A DNA stretch of 64,000 nucleotides from an uncultured Candidatus Saccharibacteria bacterium (GCA_964538855.1 CAZIEY010000002.1:65709-129708), one strand, 5' to 3'. Positions 32,395 to 43,270 are shown, numbered from the stretch's first letter. Notes: generated by a model not told the origin, from the sequence alone. Numbers and translations are program-made.

Positions 32395-34113
32395 ATGAGC
32401 CAAAGCGACGTTGAAAAAATCAAAGAGCGGCTCAGTATCGAAGAAGTGGTTGGGACATATGTCAAATTGGAAAAAGCGGGCAAAAATCTGAAGGCTCGAT
32501 GTCCTTTTCACAACGAAAAAACTCCGTCATTTACGGTGTCACCGGACCGCGCTTCGTACTATTGTTTTGGTTGTGGGGCAAAGGGCGATATTTTCACTTT
32601 TGTTCAAGAATTCGAGGGGATGGATTTTCGGGCTTCATTAAAGTTTTTGGCAGATCGTGCCGGGATTCAATTGACTGACGCTTCAAGCAAAATTAAAAAT
32701 TCAGATGATACATTACGTCGAATATTAGAATTGTCAGTAAAATTCTTCCAGGCGCAACTAGCTAAAAAGAATGATGCGGTAAAATATTTGCTCGATCGCG
32801 GACTCACCTCTGCGACCATCAAAGAGTGGCAAATCGGTTTTGCTCCAGAGGGGTGGCAAAATTTGATGAATTTTTTGAAGGAGAGTAACTATTCTGATAG
32901 TGAACTCGAAAAAGTTGGTCTCATCAAAAAAGGTGATAAAGGGAAATACTACGATCGATTTCGAAGTCGAATTATGTTTCCTATCTTTGACTCAAGTGGG
33001 CGTCCCGTTGGTTTCTCTGGCCGAATTTTTAATGGCAAGGAGGACGAGGCAAAATACTTGAATAGTCCGGAAACTATTTTCTTCGATAAGTCGCGCATTT
33101 TGTACGGTTTCGATCGTGCGAAAAGTGTGATTCGCAAAAGCGATTTCTCGATTCTCGTAGAAGGGCAAATGGACTTAATTATGTGTCACCAGGCGGGTTA
33201 TAAAAACGCAGTGGCATCGTCAGGGACCGCATTAACACGAGAACAATTGGAAAAACTATTTCGTATTTCGGAGCGATTAGTCATCGCATATGACTCGGAC
33301 GGAGCTGGATTTCGAGCTTCTGAAAAAGCTTGGCAAATGGCGCTCTCTTTGGGAATGGATGTCAAAATCGCGCCAATTCCTGACGGTTATGACCCAGCCG
33401 ATGTGATCAAGGAGGATAAAAATAAATGGAAGGAAATCGTCAAAAATTCTCGGCACATTATCGAAATTATTATTGAACACATCGCACGTGATGCAAAAGA
33501 CGAGCGAGATACTGGCCGAAAAGTTTCTTCGCACCTCATTCCGTATTTGGCGAGTATCTCAAGCCACATTGATCAAGCACATTTTGTGAAAATGATTAGC
33601 GAAAAATTGAACATTGAAAGTGATTCTATTCGGGCAGAAATTACAAACTACATAAGTAGTCACGGGACAAGTACAGTCGGATCGACTATTATGAGCAAAT
33701 CTTCGATTAAAGAGAACAATGACATCATAAAAATAGCTCGACAACTTATCGGTATCGCATTTTGGCAGGAACAAGAAAAGGATAAAGTGGTAGACTCGCA
33801 GGAAATATATTCAAAGACTCATGAAATTTTGGGAGATGAGTATCAAAAAGTTTTTGAGAATATAAGTAGTCAGCGTGAAGCACTTATATTTGAGATCGAA
33901 TCAATGTATGCGCGTTCGAAGAAAAACGAAACAGTTACACACGAAGTCGCAGAGTTGTTAGAGAACCTCAAGAGTAAGCATCTTCTCCATCGAAAGGAAG
34001 CCCTGAAAGATGAATTGAAACGGGCTGAATCAATAAAGGATGATGCAAAAATTGAGGAAGTGTTGCGAAAAATTCACGATATTACCACACAAATGAAGCC
34101 GGGCAGTCAATAA
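32395..34113 (+). CDS. dnaG: DNA primase
   Basis: Zn-ribbon CPFHNEKTPSFTV...CFGCGAKGD and a TOPRIM domain (EGQMDLI). Begins 10 bp after rpoC. Confidence 0.9.
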   Translation: MSQSDVEKIKERLSIEEVVGTYVKLEKAGKNLKARCPFHNEKTPSFTVSPDRASYYCFGCGAKGDIFTFVQEFEGMDFRASLKFLADRAGIQLTDASSKIKNSDDTLRRILELSVKFFQAQLAKKNDAVKYLLDRGLTSATIKEWQIGFAPEGWQNLMNFLKESNYSDSELEKVGLIKKGDKGKYYDRFRSRIMFPIFDSSGRPVGFSGRIFNGKEDEAKYLNSPETIFFDKSRILYGFDRAKSVIRKSDFSILVEGQMDLIMCHQAGYKNAVASSGTALTREQLEKLFRISERLVIAYDSDGAGFRASEKAWQMALSLGMDVKIAPIPDGYDPADVIKEDKNKWKEIVKNSRHIIEIIIEHIARDAKDERDTGRKVSSHLIPYLASISSHIDQAHFVKMISEKLNIESDSIRAEITNYISSHGTSTVGSTIMSKSSIKENNDIIKIARQLIGIAFWQEQEKDKVVDSQEIYSKTHEILGDEYQKVFENISSQREALIFEIESMYARSKKNETVTHEVAELLENLKSKHLLHRKEALKDELKRAESIKDDAKIEEVLRKIHDITTQMKPGSQ

Positions 34114-34160
34114 GTTCCAGGCATTTATTAAAAGTTATTGTATAATACAACCCAGTCGTT

Positions 34161-35324
34161 ATGACAAATAAAAAGTTAGTTAAAAAAAATAAAAAAGTTG
34201 TCAAAAAGGCTTCAAAAAAAGCCCCTTCAAAAAATACAAAAACCGCCAAAGGCGGAAAAGGAGATTGGGAAGCGAAAGCTCGAAAGATCGTTTCTCGTGG
34301 TCGTGAAAAAGGTTTCGTAACATACGATGAAATCATCAAGGAGTTTCCAAATATTGAACAAGATATTTCATTTTTGTCTGATTTGTATGATCAGTTGCAG
34401 ACTGCGTCTATCGATGTTCTTGAGAGCGGTGGATTTTTGGAAATGGAAAAAGAGGAAGACACTAAAAAATATTTATACGGAAAAAATCCTTCACAATATG
34501 ACTCGATTCAAATGTATTTGAAAGAGATTGGTCAGTATCCTCTCATTAGTGCTTCTGATGAAAAAGATTTGGCAAAACGAATTGAAAAAGGTGATGTCGA
34601 GGCGACCAATTTGCTCGCCAAAGCAAACCTTCGATTGGTTGTTTCAATTGCTAAAAAATACGTCGGTCGAAGTCCTGATCTGACCCTTCTTGACCTTATT
34701 CAAGAAGGAAACCTCGGGCTTTACAAGGCCGTCAGCAAATTCGATTGGACTAAGGGGTATAAATTCTCGACGTATGCGACATGGTGGGTGCGCCAAGCGA
34801 TTACACGTGCCTTGGCTGACCAATCTCGAACTATCCGCGTTCCGGTGCACATGGTTGAAACTATTGCGAAATACAAGCAATTCCACCGTCGTCTGTCCCA
34901 AGAATTAGGCCGCGAACCGATGCCAGAAGAAATTGCGATTGAAATGGGTGTAGATGTCGACAAGATTTACATTATTGAAAAAATCGATCAAAATACCGTT
35001 TCGCTCGAAAGCCCAGTTGGTGATGACGGAGATGAGAAATCAACTCTCGGCGATTTTTTGGCTGATGATAAAATTTCTTCGCCTGATCAAGATGCTTCAC
35101 GTAGAATTTTACGCGACCAAGTGAGCGTTATTTTGAATGAGCTCTCTGAAAAGGAACGTGAGATTTTGGAATTACGACATGGATTACATGACGGGATTCA
35201 GCATACTCTCGAAGAAGTGGGTAAGAAATTTGGTGTCACTCGCGAACGAATTCGACAAATTGAAGCCAAGGCTCATGAAAAAATTCGCCAACATAAAGAC
35301 GCACATCGCCTTCGAAACTATTAA
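34161..35324 (+). CDS. rpoD: RNA polymerase sigma-70 factor
   Basis: Region 2 [36 protein letters not shown] and region 4 [20 protein letters not shown], with a Lys-rich N-terminus. Confidence 0.9.
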   Translation: MTNKKLVKKNKKVVKKASKKAPSKNTKTAKGGKGDWEAKARKIVSRGREKGFVTYDEIIKEFPNIEQDISFLSDLYDQLQTASIDVLESGGFLEMEKEEDTKKYLYGKNPSQYDSIQMYLKEIGQYPLISASDEKDLAKRIEKGDVEATNLLAKANLRLVVSIAKKYVGRSPDLTLLDLIQEGNLGLYKAVSKFDWTKGYKFSTYATWWVRQAITRALADQSRTIRVPVHMVETIAKYKQFHRRLSQELGREPMPEEIAIEMGVDVDKIYIIEKIDQNTVSLESPVGDDGDEKSTLGDFLADDKISSPDQDASRRILRDQVSVILNELSEKEREILELRHGLHDGIQHTLEEVGKKFGVTRERIRQIEAKAHEKIRQHKDAHRLRNY

Positions 35325-35330
35325 AATAAA

Positions 35331-36842
35331 TTGATGGTCAAAGTTGAAAACAAACACCTTCAAATTACCAAGACGGATTATTTGAATTTTCGATTTTGTC
35401 GTAAAAATTTGTGGCTCGAGAAAAATCGACCTGACGAATTTCAGCGTATGCCAATGTCGGAATTCGAATTGGCGTTACTGCACGAAGGTCAGGATGTTGA
35501 TACAGAGGCGCAACATTTATTTCCCGAAGGCATCGTGGTGCGAAATCCAAAAAAGGAGGATGCGATTGAAAAAACTGCGGAATTACTACCTCTTAAAAAA
35601 ACGCTTTTTCAGGCGGCAATTTTCACCGAACCTTATTATATTCGTGCCGATGTTTTGCGGTGGAACGATAAAATAGCGGGGTGGGAAATTATCGAAGTAA
35701 AAGCAACAACACAAGTTAAAACTGAAAAGTTCAATAATCACGTGTACGATTTGGCTTTCCAATATAATGTATGTCGGCTCGCAGGACTTGATATAAAAAA
35801 AGTGAGTGTTACTCACCTCAATTCTGAATATAAAAAAGACGGAGATATAGACTATCAAAAATTATTTATCACCGAAGATATTACGAAGGAAGTGTTGGAG
35901 ATTCATGAAAAAGTCGCAGGTGAGATGGATATTATGATTTCGTATTTGAATGGTCCTGAAGAGAAGCATTGTCAATGTAGAATTCGTACCAGAAGTAATC
36001 ACTGCACTTCTTTCGCGTATTCAAACCCAGATGTGCCGTCGTATTCTGTACATGATATCACTCGTATTAATGCGAAAAAATTGACTATGCTCGTGGATGA
36101 TGGCTGTCTCGATATTACTTCAGTTCCAGATACATTGAAATTATCAGAAGGGCAGAAGTTACAAATTCAAACTGCGCAACGTGGCGAACCCTACATTGAC
36201 GAGGAAAAGATATCGGCGTTTCTTAAAAGTCTCGAATATCCGATTTATTTCATTGACTACGAATCATATTTGCCAGCCATTCCAATTTTTGATCGCTATG
36301 GTCCGTATCAGAATATTGTTTTTCAGTATTCTCTGCATATTTTGGAAAAACCTGGCGGACAACTGACGCATACTGATTTTTTGGCAACGATTCCGGGGCA
36401 TGAACCAAGCGGTGATTTGGTGGAAAAAATGACCAGAGATATCGGAAAACTCGGTTCAATTATTGTGTGGCATAAACCTTTTGAGATGGGTCGTAATCGT
36501 GAAATGGCGAAACTCAATCCGCGATTCGAGAAATTTTTGATCGAAGTAAATGACCGTATCGTTGATTTGAAAGAAGTCTTTTCCAAGAGTATGTACGTTG
36601 ATGCCAAATTCAAGGGTAGCGCTTCAATAAAAAAAGTATTACCAGTACTTGTGCCAGAATTGAGTTACAAGAATTTGGAAATTAATAACGGAGCCGATGC
36701 TAATAAACAGTGGGGGAAAATGATGAGTGGAGAATTAGATCAAGATGCTAAAGATGAGGTAGTTAAAAATTTGCTCGTATATTGTAAATTAGATACGTTT
36801 GCAATGGTCAAGATTTTCGATTTTCTCCAGAAATTTATTTAA
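35331..36842 (+). CDS. Two-domain nuclease: N-terminal Cas4/RecB-like PD-(D/E)xK domain with a 4-Cys cluster and C-terminal DnaQ/RNase H-like domain (architecture recalled as DUF2779-like)
   Basis: An N-terminal Cys (FRFCRKNLW) plus CQCRIRTRSNHC form the cluster, and D...EIIEVK is the PD-(D/E)xK motif. C-terminal Exo-like motifs are IYFIDYES, YSLHIL and YCKLDTFAM. Confidence 0.5.
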   Translation: MMVKVENKHLQITKTDYLNFRFCRKNLWLEKNRPDEFQRMPMSEFELALLHEGQDVDTEAQHLFPEGIVVRNPKKEDAIEKTAELLPLKKTLFQAAIFTEPYYIRADVLRWNDKIAGWEIIEVKATTQVKTEKFNNHVYDLAFQYNVCRLAGLDIKKVSVTHLNSEYKKDGDIDYQKLFITEDITKEVLEIHEKVAGEMDIMISYLNGPEEKHCQCRIRTRSNHCTSFAYSNPDVPSYSVHDITRINAKKLTMLVDDGCLDITSVPDTLKLSEGQKLQIQTAQRGEPYIDEEKISAFLKSLEYPIYFIDYESYLPAIPIFDRYGPYQNIVFQYSLHILEKPGGQLTHTDFLATIPGHEPSGDLVEKMTRDIGKLGSIIVWHKPFEMGRNREMAKLNPRFEKFLIEVNDRIVDLKEVFSKSMYVDAKFKGSASIKKVLPVLVPELSYKNLEINNGADANKQWGKMMSGELDQDAKDEVVKNLLVYCKLDTFAMVKIFDFLQKFI

Positions 36843-37527
36843 TTGCTTCGATAATTTCTACCAAGTCTTCGTATTCTTGAACTCCGCTGATTTGGGTTTG
36901 AATACCAGATTTAGAAGTTATGATAATGTACGGTGTCCCAAATGAGGCGTCATTATGGTAAATCAATTTCCCGTCTGCAATATCAGAGTTTATTTTAGAA
37001 TCAAATTTATTGAGTAATAAACATGCGTCATATTTCGCATCATCGATTTCAAGACTAGTTGCAATGCGTCTGAGATTTTCGGGTAAGAGAGAATTTGGGG
37101 CTTCATCAAAAACAATATCTGCAAAATCCCAAAACTTTTTCGCACCACCAACATCAGCAACACATTCAGACGCTTTTGCCGCACCGAGAGCATTAGCGTG
37201 TACTTCTTCGATAGGAAAATGTCGATAGACCCATGCTACTTCTCCTTTTTTACCATACTCGTCAATTACGCGTTGCATAATCGGGTGGAATTCTTTGCAG
37301 GCAGGACATTCGAAATCAGAATATTCAACAATCAATACCTGCGCATCAGGATTGCCAAGCACATGATCGGTGTTTGATATTGGTTGCACGTCGATTTTTT
37401 TGTCGATAGGAACCATGGCGGGGAGTTCTGGTTGTTTGTATTCTCTTCGAGAAAACATAATTCCTCCAGCAATAATAAGTGCAATAATCACAATTGATAA
37501 CGGGAAAAGAATATTGTTCCGATTCAT
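36835..37527 (-). CDS. DsbA-like thiol:disulfide oxidoreductase, membrane-anchored
   Basis: N-terminal TM and a thioredoxin fold with CPACKEF (CxxC). Confidence 0.8.
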   Translation of the reverse strand: MNRNNILFPLSIVIIALIIAGGIMFSRREYKQPELPAMVPIDKKIDVQPISNTDHVLGNPDAQVLIVEYSDFECPACKEFHPIMQRVIDEYGKKGEVAWVYRHFPIEEVHANALGAAKASECVADVGGAKKFWDFADIVFDEAPNSLLPENLRRIATSLEIDDAKYDACLLLNKFDSKINSDIADGKLIYHNDASFGTPYIIITSKSGIQTQISGVQEYEDLVEIIEAIK

Positions 37528-37548
37528 GAGAAAATTATAGCATGAAAT

Positions 37549-38190
37549 TTAAAACGACATGGAATGTGTCATACCAGAATCCTTTTTTTCTTCCCACGTC
37601 TTTGTATTAAGCGGAATTTTGATAATTTCTCCTTTAAAGTCTTTGATTTTGACGAACGCATTGTCGCGAGCGAATTTAAAAAGTTCGTGGGTGAGGGCTA
37701 CATCAGCTTCACAGTATTTGATAATTTGATCAATTTTTCCTTCCTTCCACCATTTTACAGCTTCCAAACCATGAGCTGTTTTTTTAGCACCAAGTGTGGC
37801 GTGTGCAATATCGTCTAATTTCGGACGCCGCCCGAGCGATTCTTTTATGAAAACCATTAAATCAATACTTTTAATTTGAGTAAGGTCTCCGGAATAGTAT
37901 TTATTAAGCAAGGGAATGTCGAAGTGTTCACTGTTATATCCAATGATCGCATCTGTATTTTCAAACAGTGACCACATCTTTGGGAAATCTTTTTCGAGGA
38001 AACTTTGCATCGAATTGTCAGCTGAATTGTAGATTGATACTACTGAAATATCGAGCGCTGTCGGGTCGTTTGAACCAACATCACTAAAGATATTTTTTGT
38101 TTCGATATCGAATACCAGATAATTCATTCCACAAATTGTAACTTTAATGGTAAAATTACGCAAAGGCCTATGAAGGAAAAAATCGTACAA
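37549..38190 (-). CDS. DEDDy-type 3'-5' exonuclease (DnaQ-like fold)
   Basis: Exo I YLVFDIETKN, Exo II IIGYNSEHFDIPLL, and Exo III YCEADVALTHELF. The start is possibly the internal MNYLVFD. Confidence 0.7.
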   Translation of the reverse strand: MYDFFLHRPLRNFTIKVTICGMNYLVFDIETKNIFSDVGSNDPTALDISVVSIYNSADNSMQSFLEKDFPKMWSLFENTDAIIGYNSEHFDIPLLNKYYSGDLTQIKSIDLMVFIKESLGRRPKLDDIAHATLGAKKTAHGLEAVKWWKEGKIDQIIKYCEADVALTHELFKFARDNAFVKIKDFKGEIIKIPLNTKTWEEKKDSGMTHSMSF

Positions 38191-38400
38191 ATTATTGCGT
38201 CAGTTCAGCCAGATTTTTTGTGGGGTATTTTAGCCTTTGTGCTTTTTATTTTTTTAATTATTGCGCTTATATTGCAATATCATTGGAAGCATTACGGTAT
38301 TGAAGGTAGCGGAAAAGTATTTGCAAAAAGTATTTTTTGGATCGTTTCGATTTTCTTAATTTTAATCGCCACTTTTGCGCTTGTAGCCTTTGAAGCCTAA
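38170..38400 (+). CDS. Small two-TM membrane protein
   Basis: 76-aa ORF with two hydrophobic helices. Confidence 0.45.
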   Translation: MKEKIVQIIASVQPDFLWGILAFVLFIFLIIALILQYHWKHYGIEGSGKVFAKSIFWIVSIFLILIATFALVAFEA

Positions 38401-39016
38401 ACCTATGATTGATTTTGATCAAGATGAAAAAATAATATATGAAGTTCGCAAGCATTGGCTTATCTTCTGGTCTGAAGTTGGTGTACTTTTGCTTATCGCA
38501 ATTGCGCCACTCGGGCTCGCTTCGATTTTTAGTGTCGAAGCGTGGGATAGTAGTTTTTCCTACACCGGGTTACTGAGCCTTTTTGTATTTTTATATTCGC
38601 TATGGCTACTCGTATGTTGGACTCTTATATTTGTATTTTGGACCAATTATTATTTGGATGTGTGGATTATTACTAATAAAAAAATCCTGAGTGTTGATCA
38701 ACACGGTTTATTCAAACGTGAAGTTATGATTTTACACCTCGATAAAATCCAAGACATCGCCTATATGATTGATGGTTTAGTAGCGACAACTTTGAATTAC
38801 GGAAATATTTCTATTACCAGTGCTGGTACGGACACCGAATTTAAGATCAAGGGAATTCCAAACCCTGCACTTGTTCAATCCAAAGTTAACGAAGCACTTC
38901 TTGCCTTCAAGACCGAATCCCTTAAAGAAGATTTAGAGCTCGAACAGACTGTTCGAGATTCAAAAAATGAAATCGATGGATTGGTAAATACACAGACAAC
39001 TACGCCCCGATTTTAA
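38390..39016 (+). CDS. Membrane protein with a bacterial PH-like (YdbT/bPH_2-like) domain
   Basis: Two TM helices after DEKIIYEVRKHWLIFW, then a soluble domain; pattern typical of the bPH_2 family (inference). Confidence 0.45.
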   Translation: MKPKPMIDFDQDEKIIYEVRKHWLIFWSEVGVLLLIAIAPLGLASIFSVEAWDSSFSYTGLLSLFVFLYSLWLLVCWTLIFVFWTNYYLDVWIITNKKILSVDQHGLFKREVMILHLDKIQDIAYMIDGLVATTLNYGNISITSAGTDTEFKIKGIPNPALVQSKVNEALLAFKTESLKEDLELEQTVRDSKNEIDGLVNTQTTTPRF

Positions 39017-39701
39017 CAGGTGTTTTTCTAATAGTTTCAATCACCAAATCCATATCGTCAGTAATCGTATAGAGATTCAAATCCTCGGCATCGATTTTTT
39101 CGTGAGTGAGCATGTGATCTTTGATGAATTTTTCCATTGGTTTCCAATATTCTGAACCGAACAAGATGACCGGTACTCGCGGAATCTTTTTGGTTTGAAT
39201 CAAAGTTAGAATTTCAAAAAGCTCGTCGAATGTTCCAAATCCTCCAGGAAAATAGATGTATGTTTCTGCTGAGAAAGAAAGACATACTTTGCGAGTGAAG
39301 AAATACTTGAAATCAACATGTTCTGACAAATATAAATTTGTTGATTGTTCGTTTGGTAAGTTTATAGTGAGACCAATTGACCGACCGCATGCATCGATGG
39401 CACCACGATTTGCCGCTTCCATAATTCCGAGGCTACCACCGGTAACAATGGTGTAGTTTAATTCTTTGCAAATTCGGCTTGATAATGTTCGAGCATTGAT
39501 GTAATCCTTTTCGTCTTCCATAGTGCGTGCTGATCCGAAAAAAGTGACCGTTTTTGGGTATTTTTTGATTAAATCGAGTCCTGCTTTGAGTTCATGTCCA
39601 ATAACCTCAATTCTATTGTCGATTGACTCGTCAATCTTTTTTAAAGTAAACGTCTCTAGTGCGTCTGGTTTTTGTGGTCTTTGTCTTTTTATTTCATCCA
39701 T
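39000..39701 (-). CDS. LOG-family protein (cytokinin riboside 5'-monophosphate phosphoribohydrolase-like)
   Basis: VTFFGSAR, GGSLGIMEAANRGA, and PGGFGTFDELFEILTLIQTKK (the PGGxGTxxE motif). Confidence 0.8.
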   Translation of the reverse strand: MDEIKRQRPQKPDALETFTLKKIDESIDNRIEVIGHELKAGLDLIKKYPKTVTFFGSARTMEDEKDYINARTLSSRICKELNYTIVTGGSLGIMEAANRGAIDACGRSIGLTINLPNEQSTNLYLSEHVDFKYFFTRKVCLSFSAETYIYFPGGFGTFDELFEILTLIQTKKIPRVPVILFGSEYWKPMEKFIKDHMLTHEKIDAEDLNLYTITDDMDLVIETIRKTPVKIGA

Positions 39702-39738
39702 GCGCTATATTGTAAGCTAAAAAATCAATCCTTCCAAA

Positions 39739-40275
39739 TTGATTTCGAGGAAGATTAGTGGCATAATGGTTTTTATGAAAAACTCGTATAGCAGTATTAT
39801 TGTAATTTTAGTAGTCATAATCGCAGTGCTTTCTTTGATGCTTGTGAATACTAAAAGAGACGAGAAGATTTCAGAAGTTATTAATCAAGTTAATCAAATT
39901 GCAACAACAACTATGACTACACCACAATCAGTAGCCGGTTTAGATATTAAAGTTTTAGCAGAAGGTAGTGGCCCAGAAGCGAAAAATGGTGATACTGTTT
40001 TTGTTCACTATACAGGAAAATTAACCGATGGATCTGTTTTTGATAGCTCGATTCCACGAGGTACACCTTTGGATTTTGTACTTGGATCTGGCAGGGTAAT
40101 TGTTGGTTGGGAAAAAGGCGTGCTCGGTATGAAAGTTGGTGAGAAACGAGTGCTTACTATTGCACCAGAATTGGCATACGGAAGCCGTGAAATTACTAGT
40201 CCTGCAAACGGCAAGGTAATCATTCCTAGCAACGCGACTCTTGTGTTTGATGTCGAATTGGTAGAAATTCAGTAA
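39739..40275 (+). CDS. FKBP-type peptidyl-prolyl cis-trans isomerase, membrane-anchored
   Basis: [21 protein letters not shown]...[39 protein letters not shown]. Confidence 0.85.
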   Translation: MISRKISGIMVFMKNSYSSIIVILVVIIAVLSLMLVNTKRDEKISEVINQVNQIATTTMTTPQSVAGLDIKVLAEGSGPEAKNGDTVFVHYTGKLTDGSVFDSSIPRGTPLDFVLGSGRVIVGWEKGVLGMKVGEKRVLTIAPELAYGSREITSPANGKVIIPSNATLVFDVELVEIQ

Positions 40276-40292
40276 GTATCTCGATCTAAAAA

Positions 40293-41519
40293 GTGAAATT
40301 CGAAATTCTCAAAAAACTGGACGGCGCATTGGGCCGGGCCGGCGTCATTGAAACAGAACATGGTCGGATTGAGACTCCGGCGTATGTTACCGTTGGAACA
40401 AAAGCGACAGTGAAATCGTTGACTCCGGAACAGGTGGCGTCGCTCGGGGCGCAGGTCGTGCTCGCAAATACGTATCATTTGTATTTGCAGCCGGGGCATG
40501 AGCGCATTGCGCGGGCGGGCGGTCTGCACAAATTCATGAATTGGAATGGGCCGACAATGACGGATTCAGGCGGGTTCCAGGTTTTTTCGCTTGGCGCGGC
40601 GTTCGGAAAAAACATCACGAAAATTACTCGTGAAGAAGACCCAGAGCGGCTTTTGACTGAAATTACAGAGACGACCAAGGCGCGCGGTGGCCAAGTGTCT
40701 GCGCATTTCAAGCCGGCAAAAATCATGGAAGATCGCGTGATTTTTCGCTCGCACATTGATGGGACGGTGCACGAATTTACTCCGGAACGTTCTATCGAAA
40801 TTCAGCATGCGATTGGTGCCGATATTATTTTTGCATTTGATGAATGTACTTCGCCGAATGAATCGATTCATTATCAACGCGAGGCGTTAGATCGCACACA
40901 TCGTTGGGCGAAAAAATGTTTGGCGTATCATCAGTCAAAAGAAAATTCGAAACACCAGGCGTTGTTTGGCGTGATTCAAGGTGGACGTCATGAAGAATTG
41001 CGTAAACAGAGCGCGGAATTTTTTGCGGGGCTTGATTTCGATGGTTATGGTATTGGCGGCAGCTTTGCAAAACAAGACATGACGCAGGGTGTGCAGTGGG
41101 TGAATGCGATTTTACCAGAAGGGAAACCGCGGCACCTGTTGGGCATCGGCGAGCCAGAAGATTTATTTATGGCGGTTGAACATGGTTGTGATTTGTTCGA
41201 TTGCGTGGCAGCGACGCGTGTTGCGCGCAACGGCCAGGTGTACACTGCGCACGGAAAAATAAATTTGTTTAATGAAAAATTCCAAGATGATTTCACGGCG
41301 CTCGAGGCGGACTGCGGATGTGAGACGTGTAAACATTACACCCGCGCGTATCTCGCGCACCTATTCCGAGCCGATGAAATGCTCGCAGCGACACTGGCGT
41401 CGGTGCACAATTTGTATTTTTTGATTAATTTGGTAAAGAAAATGCGAGCGACACTTTTGGATGGGACTTTTTTTGAGTTTAAAAAAGCGTGGTTAGAGAC
41501 ATACGCATCAAAGAAATAA
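40293..41519 (+). CDS. tgt: Queuine tRNA-ribosyltransferase
   Basis: MKFEILKKLDGALGRAGVIETEHGRIETPAYVTVGT, LANTYHLYLQPG, and the Zn site CGCETCKHYTRAYLAHL. Confidence 0.9.
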   Translation: MKFEILKKLDGALGRAGVIETEHGRIETPAYVTVGTKATVKSLTPEQVASLGAQVVLANTYHLYLQPGHERIARAGGLHKFMNWNGPTMTDSGGFQVFSLGAAFGKNITKITREEDPERLLTEITETTKARGGQVSAHFKPAKIMEDRVIFRSHIDGTVHEFTPERSIEIQHAIGADIIFAFDECTSPNESIHYQREALDRTHRWAKKCLAYHQSKENSKHQALFGVIQGGRHEELRKQSAEFFAGLDFDGYGIGGSFAKQDMTQGVQWVNAILPEGKPRHLLGIGEPEDLFMAVEHGCDLFDCVAATRVARNGQVYTAHGKINLFNEKFQDDFTALEADCGCETCKHYTRAYLAHLFRADEMLAATLASVHNLYFLINLVKKMRATLLDGTFFEFKKAWLETYASKK

Positions 41520-41520
41520 T

Positions 41521-42228
41521 ATGGTACATAATTTTTCACCAATACAAAATCATATTCTATCAATGCTGAAAAACGCGCTGTCTTTGAAATATAGTGAACT
41601 TAAACCTGATAAAGTCCCGAATGATTTATTTAATTATCACTTGCAGTATTTAGTGAAAAAAGACTTTGTGACTAAAAATGATTCGACATACTCGCTCTCT
41701 CCGCAAGGTATTAAATATGTAGCAGATCCATTTACTACTGATACCAGTATCTCGAGTCTATTTAAAGTTAATGTGATTACAATTGTGTCTCGGATACACA
41801 ATGGTGAGCTGCAAATCTTAAATCAGCTTCGCACATCACATCCTTCGTATGGAAAAATCGGAGTGATGGGTGGGGTAGTGCGTAAGGGTGAATTGATTGA
41901 AGCCGCCGCGACACGTAAATTACAAGACGAAACAGGCCTCATTGCGTCATTTAAAATTTTGGGATGCGAACGACGCATTATGTATAAAGATAGCGAACTC
42001 TTTTCGGATGTACTTTTTCCTATTGCATACGCGGATACACACTCAGGAGAACTTTTATTTGAAACTAAATTCGGGCGAAATGTATGGGTTCCTATAGATC
42101 AAGCCATTCAAAATGAATCCGCAGAATTTGATTCAATTAGAAGTATTACTCACGTATTGCGAGCCATCAAAGACAACACAGTACGTACAATGCCATATTT
42201 CTTCAACGAAGAAATCCAAAGCAATTAA
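41521..42228 (+). CDS. Winged-helix DNA-binding domain fused to a C-terminal NUDIX domain
   Basis: N-terminal MarR-like wHTH (ILSMLKNALSLKYSELK...YLVKKDFVTKNDSTYSLSPQGIKYV). Nudix box GGVVRKGELIEAAATRKLQDETGL. Domain order is the reverse of NrtR. Confidence 0.5.
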   Translation: MVHNFSPIQNHILSMLKNALSLKYSELKPDKVPNDLFNYHLQYLVKKDFVTKNDSTYSLSPQGIKYVADPFTTDTSISSLFKVNVITIVSRIHNGELQILNQLRTSHPSYGKIGVMGGVVRKGELIEAAATRKLQDETGLIASFKILGCERRIMYKDSELFSDVLFPIAYADTHSGELLFETKFGRNVWVPIDQAIQNESAEFDSIRSITHVLRAIKDNTVRTMPYFFNEEIQSN

Positions 42229-42303
42229 AAGCTTGATACATAAGCCTATTTTTACCGAGGACCCCCTCGCTTTTTTATAATTTTTAGTATTTTAGAATGA
42301 TGT

Positions 42304-43188
42304 TTGGTCGTCATGTCTGGCGACTATCAACGTAACCATCCATCAAGGATCACCATCATGAATTCATCAATCAGAGACTTGCTATCAAAAGGCATTGTGC
42401 GGGTTGAATATCCACCTCGCGTTCGGAAACTTATTATCGACGCTGTGGAGGCCTGGAAAGTTTTTTGCACCTTACCGCTCGAATTAAAGCAGTCACTTCC
42501 GTACAGTGACCCGAGCACTGGTGTCGGCTATGAAAATAAAGACGGATCAGGACTGCGCGGTGACAAAAAAGAAAATTTCGATTTCGCATTGCGTGGAGCA
42601 GAATGGTTGTCGCGTAATCGTGGCAGTCTCCCATCCGAAGCTATTGCATTTCTTGATAAAGCAGAGCGTGCAGTGATTGCGGTGCGAGATATCATTCATG
42701 CATTTGCGCGAGATGTTGAGGCACAGTACGGTTTGAAGGATTTTTACAACGAAGTTGTTGACAGCGACGAATTGTTTTTTATTCGGTTCATTCATTATCA
42801 GGGTGATCGTGAAATTGGAGATGAAACTGCCACGGCACACGTTGATCAGAGTGGCTTCACGTTACACTTGTTTGAAAGCGCCCCGGGGTTCCAATGCCTG
42901 ACTTATGGAGACAAACAATGGCAGGACGTGGCATTTGATGGCACAGATACTGTCATTATCTCGTCCATGCAAATGCAACTACGTTCGAACAATGCAATCA
43001 AAGCAATGTGTCATCGTGTGGTGGCGACTGCGGAGACTGCAAATACGGGGCGTTATTCGGCGGTTTGCTTTGTTCAGTTGCGTTGGACTGCAAAATATAA
43101 CAAGGAAAGATTCGGACGTTTGCAGGAAAAAGCACCGGGCTTTAATTACGACATGAACGAGCAGGCGTTTGCGAACATGTTCAAATAA
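42304..43188 (+). CDS. 2OG-Fe(II) oxygenase superfamily protein
   Basis: HxD...H...RxS pattern: AHVDQSGF, MCHRVV and RYSAVCF. The start is possibly the internal MNSSIRD. Confidence 0.45.
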   Translation: MVVMSGDYQRNHPSRITIMNSSIRDLLSKGIVRVEYPPRVRKLIIDAVEAWKVFCTLPLELKQSLPYSDPSTGVGYENKDGSGLRGDKKENFDFALRGAEWLSRNRGSLPSEAIAFLDKAERAVIAVRDIIHAFARDVEAQYGLKDFYNEVVDSDELFFIRFIHYQGDREIGDETATAHVDQSGFTLHLFESAPGFQCLTYGDKQWQDVAFDGTDTVIISSMQMQLRSNNAIKAMCHRVVATAETANTGRYSAVCFVQLRWTAKYNKERFGRLQEKAPGFNYDMNEQAFANMFK

Positions 43189-43202
43189 TATAGTCTGAAA
43201 AA

Positions 43203-43231
43203 AACCGCAGCGTGGCGACCTGCGGTTTTTG
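43203..43231 (+). terminator. Rho-independent terminator
   Basis: aaaaaaccgcagcgtggcgacctgcggttttt. Confidence 0.8.
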
Positions 43232-43270
43232 ATTTTGTCAAAATTAGAAAATATGCTAAACTCAGTGTCA

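Noticed and set aside
43171-43184. Perfect palindrome GAACATGTTC upstream of uvrB as a possible LexA (Cheo-type) box
   Set aside because: The half-site spacing is N2, not N4. It lies inside the coding end of the oxygenase gene. A 10-bp palindrome is expected by chance dozens of times in 64 kb.
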